DNA from: a virus
Virus record (IMG/VR): IMGVR_UViG_3300023284_001453
DNA: 40,189 bases
Reading direction: 5' to 3' (one strand)
The position numbers and the translations under genes are program-made. Below the pieces are notes generated by a model, which was not told the origin of the DNA, did not search any database, and worked only from the letters and a program-made list of their open reading frames with translations. The stretch's first letter is position 1, and every line of letters begins with the position of its first letter. Shown here one piece after another: positions 8,720-18,546 of the stretch.

Positions 8720-11700
8720 TTAAATCTCAACTAATATGTCGAAGCCGCGATCAGCAATATTTCCTTCAGCATCTTCAACTCTAACTGAAAAATGGAAATT
8801 TTGATCGGCAATAACACCGGTATTAACCGTCCCTGAGAGCTCACCTGTTAAAGCATTAAGACTTAATCCACTAGGAAGACTGCCACTTACCAATGTAAAT
8901 ATTAGAGAACTGCTGATTGGACTTTCTGCTAGTAACTGTATTGAGACAGCATCAGTGTCTTGAAAGGTTCCTAATAATCCAACTAATGTAATCCATATTG
9001 GATTAGGTGCGTCGGAATTAAATTTGATCCATGTTGCATTATCCGCACTATCTTCGGCAAGGTATCTGTCTATAGTCAAAGCTTGACCTAAGAATCGTAA
9101 TCCTGGACCGAGATCGATCTGTATTTCAACTCCAGCAATTTTATCAAATGTCGTTGTGTCGCCATCAAAAATAGTTCTAATTATCTCACCTGTGACGAAT
9201 CCTAATTCTATTAATGCGGTCCCTGCAAGTGTAACCGAACTACCAGAATAAGTTATTGTAAGTACCGCTCCAGATACTAATTCTTCTCCAATAAGTTCAC
9301 TTCCGCTTGTAACAGTCGCAGTAATACCAGGAATAGATGCGATGTTAATTTTATCGGCAACATCATTTAGAGTATCCCCACCCAATAAATTAACAGTAAC
9401 GCCATCAATAATTATTGTTGATGAATCGCTGATAACAACATTTATTTTATCTCCAGAAAATTCGCCAACATCGAATCTCGTTTCGCTTGACGGAAGCGTT
9501 ATAATCGTTATTGTAATTTCACTTAATGATTCAACAATTCCTGCGCCTTTTCCTGGATCGACAAATGCAACTTCAAGAGCTGGAATATAACCAATAACAG
9601 ATTCTGGATCTCCTAAGATTTGTTCTGTTGTCATCCAATCTGGTAATTCTTCGCTGTTATCAAAGGCACCTAATTCTGTTCTCAGATGAGAAAAATTCTT
9701 GGAAACGAATTGTCCAGTTTGTCCAGATGGCGTAGTGATGTCGAAATCTGAGCCTTCTTGTGGATCAATTACTCTAAGATATATAACATCATAAATTATA
9801 TCACCGTTGATATTTCTAACAGATGCTGAATTCATTGGGCCAATTAACGCCTTAAACGTTTGATGATGCGGACCAAAGACACCAAATATTATATCTGGAT
9901 CGTCTGTATGTAATTTATTTTTTACGAAGATCTTTGGAAATTCAGCCGGATCGTCTGGATCTGTTGGTTCTGGAGCTCTTCTACCAAAATTTGGATTACC
10001 TAATTGGAAAATATCCGAGTCGGGTATTAATGCGCTATCATTCCAATTTTGCCAATCTTGTCTCATTTTTCCAGTTAAAGCAACATTTAAATCTGTAGTC
10101 TCTCCAACAAAGATAATAACATCTTTTATAATAATGGAAAATGTGCGTGGAACAAATGCAGCTCCATCGTTTACTGTGATATCAAAAATAAACAGCGTAT
10201 TGGCAATGACAGGATCTGGTATTCCAGTGATAACACCTGTGTTTGTATTCAAAGTTAATGATGGAGGGAGTATTCCACTTGTAACATTATATTCTAATGG
10301 TTGAGGAAGAGCATCCGGATCAATAGCAACTAATACAATGTTTACCGAAACTCCTTCATCGAATTCTCCCAATGAACCAGCAGGAGTAACCCATACTGGA
10401 GGTATATTAGGAACATCTAATATCTCTAATGAAAATGATCTATCTGTAAATAATCCTTCTGGGTCTTCTGCTCTAGCATCAAAATTAAATATCGTATTGG
10501 ACGCAACCTGGGCTGGCGTTCCAGAAATTTGTCCTGTGAGCGTATTAAGTGTTAATCCTGTTGGAAGGGCGCCAGCAACGATACTATAAGTTACAAAGTC
10601 ATCATCTGGATCAACAGCTTTAAGATTAAAGAACATGGGCTGTAATTCATCAAACTGCCCTAAACTTCCAGCAGAAGTCACCCAATCTGGTGGATTATTA
10701 GGCACATCAGTATCAATTGTTTCAATACTAAAAGTTCTAAGAGCGAAAGCTGCTCCATCAGAAACTCTTACAACAAAAACAGAAATAGTATCCGTGGTAT
10801 CCGTATCGATTGGGAGTCCAGATATAACACCACTGATGGCATTTAATGCTAAACCATTCGGAAGACTACCAGCATTTAGTGTAAAATTAAGCAATTGTGG
10901 GCTGTTATCAGGATCTATTGCCTCAAGCTGGAAGAAATATAACTGTCCTTCAGTTGCTTGTGTTAAATCACCTGCAGGAGTAATCCATTCCGGTGGACTA
11001 TTAGTGTCTAGTGTTCCATCAACAACTTCAATAAAGAAGTCTCTATCGGAAAATAGTTCTTCTCCGGCAACATTGCTTAGGCTATCATCTACACGCAAGG
11101 TAAATGAAAAAATAGTATCTTCGGTTACGTCCGATATGGAACCAGAAATCTCTCCAGTAGTTGGATTTAGAATTAAGGTAGGCGGAAGAACACCACTTAC
11201 AATACTATACGTTAACTGATCATTTTCTGGATCGGTTGCTGCTAGCATAATTGAAGTAACCTGTCCTTCATTTATACGCAATAAAAATCCTTCTGGAGTT
11301 ACCCATTCAGGTCTGGAATTTAATTTTTCTACTGTAAGAGAGAATGATCTTACAGTAGTATCTTCACCATCTGTAACACCTAAGACGAATGGAAAAAATT
11401 CATCAGACGCAACTAACTCGGCAACTCCGGAAATAGTTCCAGTTTCATCATCGATGCTAAATCCTGGCGGGAAACTACCTGAGCTTAAAAAATAAGTTAG
11501 ATCGTTAGGTCCAGAATCTGGATCTGTGGCTACCGCGTCAAATGAAGCAAAATTTCCAGCTATTACGGAGCCTAAACTTCCTTGTAGAGTTACCCATTCT
11601 GGAGGTAGATTTACTGATTTTAGTCTAGTGGTAATAGTAAATGTTTGAGCAACAATATTCGCCCCATCAGAAAGGAAAACAGCAAAAGTAAAATCTAATA

Positions 11701-13720
11701 CTTCATCTAATGTATTAGAAAAGAACGTTCCAGAAATCACTCCCGTATCTTCGTCTAACAGCAGTCCTGGTGGCAATTCACCTTCGGGACCAAAAATACT
11801 TCCATCTGCCGTTTCGAATGTTAGATGATATTTTAAAGGCAAAGGATCGAAATTATCATCCACCGCTTCTAATTGAAAATTAAATACTTCCGTATCAATT
11901 ACTTCACCGATGAAACCCTGTGGAGTTATCCATCTCGGCTCAGCAGGAGGCAAACGATCATCATTTTGTAGAATAATAAGAGTAAATATTTGATCGGTGC
12001 TAAGAATTCCATCATCAGCTGTTACGGTAAAACTAGTTTCAAAATCAACATTAACAACTAGCGGAGCAAATCCTGTAACGAATCCGTCTACACTGAGAAA
12101 CCATCCATGAGGTAAAGAGCCACTAAACACAATTGGAGCATCATTTCGACTTACCGCTGCAAGCTGGATATTAAGTTCATCTCCTTCCTCAATCGATCCT
12201 AGATCAGGTGCTGTTTGCCAAACAGGAGGCAAAGGACTGTCTATTATCGTAATACTAAATGATCGATCTTCAAAGACAACAGTGTCCGATGCTCTTATTG
12301 TAAAATTGCTTATCGTATCTACTGTAACTGCGGCTGCCACACCAGACAGTAATCCAGTAGTACCATTTAAAGTTATGCCGACTGGAAATGCTCCAGACAC
12401 TAATGAAAATGAAACAGCATTTCCAGTAAAACCAATAGCTTCTAATGGTATGTTAAGTGTTTGTCCTTCGGGAAAATCAATGTTACCCGAAGGAGTTATC
12501 CATTCAATATTATGATCAACAAATTTTATAAAAGCTAGTTTATCAGTTGTTCCCCCAGGAATATTCGTCACTTTTCCAGGTGTAGCACAATCAACAATGT
12601 CGCTTTGAACAAGAGATGGTAGCGCACTTGGAGCATTTTCTAAAATAAGTGCAGCAATACCAGCAACAACAGGGCTTGACATACTTGTTCCACTGAGAAC
12701 ATTAATCCCATCAACTGAACCTGGTTCAGGAATCCATGTGGAAACTACGTTAGTGCCTGGAGCAAATACATCAACAGCAGCTCCAGTATTAGAAGCTTCA
12801 TCTCCAGTAATACCGAACTCTCCACCTGGATTTAATACAGATCCTTCAGAGTTGCCAAAATTTGAAAATGTAGCTCTTGAATCTACATCATCCACCGCAC
12901 CAACTGTTACTACTTCGGTTAATCTTGCTGGTTGGAAATTCTCAACATCGGCGTTGTTATTTCCAGCAGCAACTACCACTGTTATGCCTTCAGTTATCAT
13001 AGCCAATACAGCTATTTCCAAAGAAGTTACAGGAGATGCTGAAGGAATAAATCCTCCTAGACTCATATTACATACGGCAGGTGGGTTTCCCAAATTTGCA
13101 TAATCTTCAAGAACAGCCTCGATTCCAGCTATTATTACTGATGCTGTAGTTTGACCAGTCCTGCCAAAAACTTTAGCAGTTTTCATTGTAACATTTTTCG
13201 CTACGCCGTATGTTGCGCTGCCAAGAATACCAGCAACATGTGTTCCATGTCCGAATTCATCAGTTCCGCGTGGAAGACTGATTCCTACTAAATCAGCGAT
13301 AGGATCAAATGCTATTCCAGGAGCTCCAATCTTGTCTACGGAAGATATTCTTCCTTCGAATTCCGCATGATTAAAAATAGCACCAGAATCAATTATATAC
13401 GCTGTTACTCCGGTGCCATCAGACGAAAAAGTAAAACTTCCGCTCAATGGAAGATCTGTTTGATCTACTCTATCAAGATGAGCCGGAGCATTATCTTGAC
13501 GAGTAGATGTATAAAATATTCCTGATTCTTCAACACTGATTACACGAGAATCGTTCCTATACCAATTGACAAGGAGAGTAGTTAGTTTGGCGGAAACACC
13601 AAACATAGCTCTTTTGTAAACATAATCAACTGTGACACCCCAGGATTGGAGTTCTACAACTAAACCATCAACGTCGGATTTATTTTGAACGCGAACAATG
13701 TATTCTTTTAATTCTGGCAT
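8720..13720 (-). CDS. giant subtilisin-like (S8) protease with an I9 propeptide fused to at least 8 Ig-like (He_PIG / cadherin-like) repeats
   Basis: Propeptide-like N-terminus: EYIVRVQNKSDVDGLVVELQSWGVTVDYVYKRAMFGVSAKL. Catalytic triad motifs: AYIIDSGA (Asp), HGTHVAG (His), GTSMSSP (Ser). The repeated module LPPGL.L..TG.ISG(T/S)...-F-F.V.V.D recurs at least 8 times. ATG at 13720; the track start at 13738 is a TTG. An ATAAATAG late-promoter motif lies upstream. Confidence 0.75.
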   Translation of the reverse strand: MPELKEYIVRVQNKSDVDGLVVELQSWGVTVDYVYKRAMFGVSAKLTTLLVNWYRNDSRVISVEESGIFYTSTRQDNAPAHLDRVDQTDLPLSGSFTFSSDGTGVTAYIIDSGAIFNHAEFEGRISSVDKIGAPGIAFDPIADLVGISLPRGTDEFGHGTHVAGILGSATYGVAKNVTMKTAKVFGRTGQTTASVIIAGIEAVLEDYANLGNPPAVCNMSLGGFIPSASPVTSLEIAVLAMITEGITVVVAAGNNNADVENFQPARLTEVVTVGAVDDVDSRATFSNFGNSEGSVLNPGGEFGITGDEASNTGAAVDVFAPGTNVVSTWIPEPGSVDGINVLSGTSMSSPVVAGIAALILENAPSALPSLVQSDIVDCATPGKVTNIPGGTTDKLAFIKFVDHNIEWITPSGNIDFPEGQTLNIPLEAIGFTGNAVSFSLVSGAFPVGITLNGTTGLLSGVAAAVTVDTISNFTIRASDTVVFEDRSFSITIIDSPLPPVWQTAPDLGSIEEGDELNIQLAAVSRNDAPIVFSGSLPHGWFLSVDGFVTGFAPLVVNVDFETSFTVTADDGILSTDQIFTLIILQNDDRLPPAEPRWITPQGFIGEVIDTEVFNFQLEAVDDNFDPLPLKYHLTFETADGSIFGPEGELPPGLLLDEDTGVISGTFFSNTLDEVLDFTFAVFLSDGANIVAQTFTITTRLKSVNLPPEWVTLQGSLGSVIAGNFASFDAVATDPDSGPNDLTYFLSSGSFPPGFSIDDETGTISGVAELVASDEFFPFVLGVTDGEDTTVRSFSLTVEKLNSRPEWVTPEGFLLRINEGQVTSIMLAATDPENDQLTYSIVSGVLPPTLILNPTTGEISGSISDVTEDTIFSFTLRVDDSLSNVAGEELFSDRDFFIEVVDGTLDTNSPPEWITPAGDLTQATEGQLYFFQLEAIDPDNSPQLLNFTLNAGSLPNGLALNAISGVISGLPIDTDTTDTISVFVVRVSDGAAFALRTFSIETIDTDVPNNPPDWVTSAGSLGQFDELQPMFFNLKAVDPDDDFVTYSIVAGALPTGLTLNTLTGQISGTPAQVASNTIFNFDARAEDPEGLFTDRSFSLEILDVPNIPPVWVTPAGSLGEFDEGVSVNIVLVAIDPDALPQPLEYNVTSGILPPSLTLNTNTGVITGIPDPVIANTLFIFDITVNDGAAFVPRTFSIIIKDVIIFVGETTDLNVALTGKMRQDWQNWNDSALIPDSDIFQLGNPNFGRRAPEPTDPDDPAEFPKIFVKNKLHTDDPDIIFGVFGPHHQTFKALIGPMNSASVRNINGDIIYDVIYLRVIDPQEGSDFDITTPSGQTGQFVSKNFSHLRTELGAFDNSEELPDWMTTEQILGDPESVIGYIPALEVAFVDPGKGAGIVESLSEITITIITLPSSETRFDVGEFSGDKINVVISDSSTIIIDGVTVNLLGGDTLNDVADKINIASIPGITATVTSGSELIGEELVSGAVLTITYSGSSVTLAGTALIELGFVTGEIIRTIFDGDTTTFDKIAGVEIQIDLGPGLRFLGQALTIDRYLAEDSADNATWIKFNSDAPNPIWITLVGLLGTFQDTDAVSIQLLAESPISSSLIFTLVSGSLPSGLSLNALTGELSGTVNTGVIADQNFHFSVRVEDAEGNIADRGFDILVEI

Positions 13721-13764
13721 GTATACGATCCATAGCAATAATATTACTATTTATCGCATTTGAT

Positions 13765-14073
13765 TTATCTTCTTCGCTTGGATTTCCTGCCTTTTGTTTC
13801 TTTATTTCCGCTATAATATTCCGGATCTTTCTTTTTAACCCATTTTATGAACTTCTGGATTTCTTCGTGCTCAAGTAATCTTTCAACAGTATTATAATAA
13901 TGCTGCATTTCTCTTTCAGTGAGAACGGAATGTAATTTTCTATGGCAGATTTTATGTAAGGCAACAGTTTCTTTGCCTTTAAATGTTCGTGGAATTAGAT
14001 GATGATCATCCAGGCTTTTGCCCGGAATCATATCACGATTACAGATAGGACATTTTTTATATTCTTTAGTCAT
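13765..14073 (-). CDS. small HNH endonuclease (YajD-like)
   Basis: CPICNR...DDHHLIPRTFKG...ALHKICHRKLH gives a zinc ribbon plus an HNH catalytic motif. The C-terminal tail is basic. Confidence 0.6.
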   Translation of the reverse strand: MTKEYKKCPICNRDMIPGKSLDDHHLIPRTFKGKETVALHKICHRKLHSVLTEREMQHYYNTVERLLEHEEIQKFIKWVKKKDPEYYSGNKETKGRKSKRRR

Positions 14074-14370
14074 TTATTCAAACTGCGATTGATATTCCTC
14101 TAAGAATTTAGTTTTCCCTCTATCTTCTTTAATCATAACACAAGGAATAATACTTCCGTAACGATATTCTTTGCCATTATGAAAAATTACTGTAGAAACT
14201 GCTTGATTTTTATAGACACCTTTCACCCCGTTCGGATCATCAGACTTCTCTACTTCTGTATAAGTTAAGAACTGTCCTCTATATTCACACACTAAAGAAT
14301 CTGCTTGTGCCTGTTGGGCGACAGCAGCTAATAGCATTGCTGCTATAACAAGTGATATACATTTTATCAT
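14074..14370 (-). CDS. small secreted protein (signal peptide)
   Basis: The N-terminus MIKCISLVIAAMLLAAVAQQAQA is a signal peptide with an AxA cleavage site. Confidence 0.5.
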   Translation of the reverse strand: MIKCISLVIAAMLLAAVAQQAQADSLVCEYRGQFLTYTEVEKSDDPNGVKGVYKNQAVSTVIFHNGKEYRYGSIIPCVMIKEDRGKTKFLEEYQSQFE

Positions 14371-14379
14371 ATCTTCCCC

Positions 14380-14562
14380 CTATTTCTTTATATTAAAATT
14401 GATAATACCGCCAGCTGGATTTGGAGCTATAATAATCATTTTGATTTTTTCAATCTCTTCATCAGACAAAAACTCAAGAGCTTTTTCGATGGCCGTTTTT
14501 AGCCATTCATCACTACAATTAAGTTTGTCAATAACTTGAATTTCTTGTTCCATTATAGCCAC
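14380..14562 (-). CDS. hypothetical acidic protein (60 aa)
   Basis: ORF that overlaps the next gene. Confidence 0.35.
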   Translation of the reverse strand: MAIMEQEIQVIDKLNCSDEWLKTAIEKALEFLSDEEIEKIKMIIIAPNPAGGIINFNIKK

Positions 14563-14819
14563 CTTAATTTAAACGCCGTTGCATCATACATGTTTTGAAA
14601 AATAAATCCAACCTCAGCACAAGATGGTTTTACGTGTTTATAACCCCAACTATACTTACTAATACAATTTTCTAAACACCATTGGACCATATCATCAATA
14701 ATCTGTTGTTCAACAGTATATTCGTCACCAATTACTATCCAGTCAAAGTTATCAAAAACTGAAGAAGACCAATCTTGTGGCCCTTCTAAGTATTTTTCAT
14801 CTATTAAATCATGAAGCAT
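14553..14819 (-). CDS. small Trp-rich protein, paralog 1 of the WCxEN...LRWL family
   Basis: Shares W(C/D)xEN and the C-terminal A(F/V)(K/R)LRW(L/I) motif with the two adjacent ORFs. Confidence 0.5.
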   Translation of the reverse strand: MLHDLIDEKYLEGPQDWSSSVFDNFDWIVIGDEYTVEQQIIDDMVQWCLENCISKYSWGYKHVKPSCAEVGFIFQNMYDATAFKLRWL

Positions 14820-14820
14820 A

Positions 14821-15045
14821 TCACAACCACCTTAATCTAACTGCCATTACCTCTTCATCTGTCTCAAATAATAATCCAAATTGGTTACTACTATTTTCTA
14901 TTGTAAATTCTTGTTCTTTAGCATGTATATTATTTTCTTCCAGCCAATCCCAAAATTCTACAGAAAGATTCCAACGAAGGGTATCAGGGTTTTGTTCGAA
15001 GAGATCCCATAGTTCAGAATATAAGATACCACGGATCATATCCAC
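14821..15045 (-). CDS. small Trp-rich protein, paralog 2
   Basis: EFWDWLEEN ... EEVMAVRLRWL. Confidence 0.5.
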   Translation of the reverse strand: MDMIRGILYSELWDLFEQNPDTLRWNLSVEFWDWLEENNIHAKEQEFTIENSSNQFGLLFETDEEVMAVRLRWL

Positions 15046-15260
15046 CTCAATTTAAAAGCCGCAGCATGTGCTTCTTTCAAAAAATAAAAATATAATAACT
15101 TATTACACCCTGCCCACTCCCAATATCCATCATCAATGACACCAAAATTTTCATAACACCAAGAAAATATATCAACTTCTTGTCCATTAATCTTATCTCT
15201 CGGTAAGGTTACTTCATATTTACGATCCTCAATTGTTATTCCACGATAAATTAAAGCCAT
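15036..15260 (-). CDS. small Trp-rich protein, paralog 3
   Basis: FSWCYEN ... AHAAAFKLRWI. Confidence 0.5.
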   Translation of the reverse strand: MALIYRGITIEDRKYEVTLPRDKINGQEVDIFSWCYENFGVIDDGYWEWAGCNKLLYFYFLKEAHAAAFKLRWI

Positions 15261-15346
15261 TTTTGTCCCATCTGCTTATTAACGTTATAAGAGCGAATAA
15301 CACTTAAATTATAAATATAGTATACATTATTAAAGGTAAAAGTCAA

Positions 15347-16108
15347 GTGTTTAACGAATCAAAATACACAACCTATTATTATGGTATAATTAATAAAGCA
15401 AAAAATAGAATATTATCTGATAATATATACACTGAAAAACATCATATTATACCAAAATCATTAGGTGGTTCTAATCTACAAACAAATTTAATTATTTTGA
15501 CATTAAGAGAACATTTCGTTTGTCATTGGTTATTAACAAAAATGTTTGATAATAAAAATAATAAAATCAAAATGCATCATGCTTTATGGAATATGATCAA
15601 TACACGAAAAAATGTTAAAATTTCCTCAAGATTATACGAACAACTTAAAATGAAACACTATCAAACTATACAAGGTTCTCAGGTAGGAGAAAAAAACGGA
15701 TTTTATGGCAAGCATCACGATGAAGAAACTAAATGGAAATGTGGAGCTAGAACAAGAGGTAAAACATATGAAGATGTATATGGATCTGAAAAAGCCGATG
15801 AGATAAAACAAAAACAATCAAAATCGAAGAAAGGAAAATCAACGTGGAACAAAGGCATTCCATCAACACAAGAAGTTCGTAATAAGATTAGAACAACCAT
15901 CAAAAAGAATAAACAAAATAATAAAGTCTTTAAGTGGTGGAAAATAACAATGCCAGATCAAAGTATTCAAATAACAAAAGATCGTAGACAATTTTGCGAA
16001 GAACACAATCTGAATTATAATACAATAAATGATTATTCTCAAAAACAAAAATCGTATAAAGGATATTACTTTGAGAAGACTTTACCACCAACGCATTTCG
16101 GTAACTAA
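15347..16108 (+). CDS. HNH homing endonuclease with NUMOD-like C-terminal repeats. One of the few plus-strand genes.
   Basis: EKHHIIPKSLGGSNLQTNLIILTLREHFVCH is an HNH motif. Repeats GEKNGFYGKHH and KGKSTWNKGIPS follow. Opposite orientation to the surrounding genes. Confidence 0.7.
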   Translation: MFNESKYTTYYYGIINKAKNRILSDNIYTEKHHIIPKSLGGSNLQTNLIILTLREHFVCHWLLTKMFDNKNNKIKMHHALWNMINTRKNVKISSRLYEQLKMKHYQTIQGSQVGEKNGFYGKHHDEETKWKCGARTRGKTYEDVYGSEKADEIKQKQSKSKKGKSTWNKGIPSTQEVRNKIRTTIKKNKQNNKVFKWWKITMPDQSIQITKDRRQFCEEHNLNYNTINDYSQKQKSYKGYYFEKTLPPTHFGN

Positions 16109-16640
16109 AGCATACATAACAATTGCTGATGCGCTAGCAACGTTATAAGATCTTATCACGCCGAATTGTGGAATGCTTACAATATAGCCGCGTTCGTCGT
16201 TCAAAATATCATCCTGAACGCCGCGATTTTCATTACCGAATCCCACCGTGCTCACAGAAGACTGGCACGAAGTTATTATCGTCGATCCAGGTCCAGAAGA
16301 CATCCTTGTCAATAGTTAACCCATCATCGTTAAGAGCATCAATGCGCTCAACATCAATGTAGTTTTCACTACCAACAGTTCCGCGCTTGTCATACTTACG
16401 ACGACCAAGAATAGCTACCTTCCGTGCTCCTGTTAATAGAGCATTACGGACGATAGTGCCAACATTAAGTTCACCGGTAATGTTAAGAATACATACACCA
16501 AAAGGTGATCGATCCTGATCGCAAAGAGCACGAAGCTCTTCAATGCTATGACCTTTTAAGTGGTCATGAACATTTAATTCGCTGATGCTGGCGCTAATAT
16601 CATCATTGCCCAGCCGTTGATAATCAGGCTTCTGTGTCAT
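16082..16640 (-). CDS. SpoU/TrmH-family RNA 2'-O-methyltransferase with an apparent frameshift (two overlapping ORFs, 16233..16697 and 16082..16312)
   Basis: Motif 1 NVGTIVRNALLTGARKVAILG is in the upstream ORF. Motif 2 VGFGNENRGV and motif 3 IVSIPQFGVIRSYNVASASAIVMYAL are in the downstream ORF, in another frame. Likely start at the ATG at 16640 (MTQKP...). Confidence 0.6.
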
Positions 16641-16695
16641 AATAATAAATATACATGATATTAACAATTTGTCAAGCAAAAACTGGATATTAACC

Positions 16696-17346
16696 ATGAC
16701 TGATATAAAAAGATTGACCGAACTTGCTGGTCTTAATGAATATACACCAAATGCTGATTTTGTTCAGTTGGACCGAGCTGTTAGCGATGCGCTAACCGCC
16801 GCACAAAGTAAAAATAATGAAGACTCTCTCGAAGACACAGTAGCGTATTACGCTAGACAACATGGCGTAGATTATGAAACTTTGTTAGCTACTGTTAGTC
16901 GTTACTTACAAAACCCAAGAGAGCTTATGGTTAAGGGAATGGGCGAAGATTATGACGATGACGGGAATATCCGTTTTAGTGTTGACGATGAAGCAGGCTA
17001 TAATGCTATAATGGATAGATATAAGGATCAAGTTTCTTGGGACGGTGAGTATATGGTTGCCTCCGAAATGGTTTTCGCTCGAATAGAAGAACTATTTGCT
17101 AGTATGGGTATTGATGGCCCTCATGAAGTAGGATCAGAAGATGATTACGACGGCCAACCAGATGAAAGACAAGAATGGAGTGATTATATGGGTGGTGATG
17201 ATATGGATCATGGACAATATGATGAGTCAATCGATCTTAAAAGAATGTATGAAGAGTATCAGGAACAACTTGCTTTTGAAGATTTCGAACAAGCAATGCA
17301 AGAAGCCGTAACTAATGCAAGAAGCCGTAACTTTTGCAGGTGGTGA
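16696..17346 (+). CDS. acidic hypothetical protein, 5' part of a gene split by a 19-bp tandem duplication
   Basis: ATG at 16696; the track start at 16669 is a TTG. The protein ends ...MQEAVTNARSRNFCRW just after the duplicated unit. Confidence 0.45.
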   Translation: MTDIKRLTELAGLNEYTPNADFVQLDRAVSDALTAAQSKNNEDSLEDTVAYYARQHGVDYETLLATVSRYLQNPRELMVKGMGEDYDDDGNIRFSVDDEAGYNAIMDRYKDQVSWDGEYMVASEMVFARIEELFASMGIDGPHEVGSEDDYDGQPDERQEWSDYMGGDDMDHGQYDESIDLKRMYEEYQEQLAFEDFEQAMQEAVTNARSRNFCRW

Positions 17347-17794
17347 ACCTCCTCAGACAAGAGTTGCTGCGCGGGCGGATCGATACACTAGACCAGGAAC
17401 ATTTGATAATCCAGTAACGGATCAACCAACCGAGCCTCACGCGAAAACAGTTATTAGCGATAAAGAGCCGTGGGAATATACAGGCGATCTTGGTTCCTCA
17501 CTTGGCTTAAAGCAAAAGATTGATCCAAAAAATTATACCAGTGTGCTTTCAAGAGATTTCAGCAAATGGGTGAAAGGCAGAGAATTAAAATCCAATAAGA
17601 CAAGAACAGTTTATGACAAAATGAATAACAAACAAATTAAATCGACTACTTGGCATCCAAAAGGACGACATGAAGATATTGTAGCCTTTGAAATCTTATC
17701 TGGATCAGGTGGTAATTTTGCGCCAGGTGTATACGTTCGTAAAGATGCAGCTTCACCCGAAATGATACAACGCGGAAGAGAAAGCGGTCGATAA
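17315..17794 (+). CDS. hypothetical protein, 3' part of the same split gene
   Basis: Starts MQEAVTFAGGEPP. Removing one 19-bp repeat unit fuses it in frame to the upstream ORF. Confidence 0.45.
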   Translation: MQEAVTFAGGEPPQTRVAARADRYTRPGTFDNPVTDQPTEPHAKTVISDKEPWEYTGDLGSSLGLKQKIDPKNYTSVLSRDFSKWVKGRELKSNKTRTVYDKMNNKQIKSTTWHPKGRHEDIVAFEILSGSGGNFAPGVYVRKDAASPEMIQRGRESGR

Positions 17795-18156
17795 TGCGTG
17801 CTAAAGAATTTCTTGAAGAAGATGTGATTCCTTTCAGACAAAGAGACACCAGATTAGGTGCTCAAAAATATGCTGATGCAGTTGAAAGACAAACAGGCAA
17901 TAGAAGTGATTTAGGAGTTATCCCTTGTCCGTATTGTGATGATGAGTGGTGTAATTTTGATTGCGATGAAGCTCAGGCTGCTGGTTTCAGACTTCCCGAT
18001 GATGAAGAACTTTTCAGATTTGATGATATGGATGAAACAGCAGCAGTTGGAATCGTCACGAAACAAAACACCACAGGCGATGTTGGTCCAGGAACTCTGG
18101 CCCAAAACATCAGAAAACTTTTTCCAAATATGAAGAAGAAAAAGAAGAGCGACTAA
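17794..18156 (+). CDS. hypothetical Cys-containing acidic protein (120 aa)
   Basis: The ATG overlaps the upstream stop (TAATG). Confidence 0.4.
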   Translation: MRAKEFLEEDVIPFRQRDTRLGAQKYADAVERQTGNRSDLGVIPCPYCDDEWCNFDCDEAQAAGFRLPDDEELFRFDDMDETAAVGIVTKQNTTGDVGPGTLAQNIRKLFPNMKKKKKSD

Positions 18157-18545
18157 TCAACAGGCTCCGTTACTGCGACTAATGGATGGCCATTGATCTT
18201 TGCGTTTTCCATTGTCTCATAAACCTTTTGCTCGGCAATTTCACGTGTATATATACCGACAATACCCTTATCTTTGTGATGAATTTCGTAAGTGATAGCA
18301 ACTGCTTCAGGGTGTGATTTGTTAAAGATTTGTTGTAGGATTGCTGTGACGAATTCCATTGGTGTAAAATCATCATTTAGAAAAATGACTTGATACATTT
18401 TTGGTCTAACTGTTTTGACCTTAATCTCTTCGATCGGATCGGCAATATCCGACATCTTAACGATATCTAAAACATCCGTCATTTTTCTCTCCCAAATCGA
18501 TTCTTTATAATACATACTAACACGTTTTTCGTTAATGTCAACCAA
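18153..18545 (-). CDS. clpS: ClpS-like ATP-dependent Clp protease adaptor
   Basis: The ClpS core YQVIFLNDDFTPMEFVTAILQQIF...GIVGIYTREIAEQKV matches Y.V.LLNDDYTPMEFV..VL...F...G.A.CGV...E.AE.K. Confidence 0.75.
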   Translation of the reverse strand: MVDINEKRVSMYYKESIWERKMTDVLDIVKMSDIADPIEEIKVKTVRPKMYQVIFLNDDFTPMEFVTAILQQIFNKSHPEAVAITYEIHHKDKGIVGIYTREIAEQKVYETMENAKINGHPLVAVTEPVD

Positions 18546-18546
18546 T

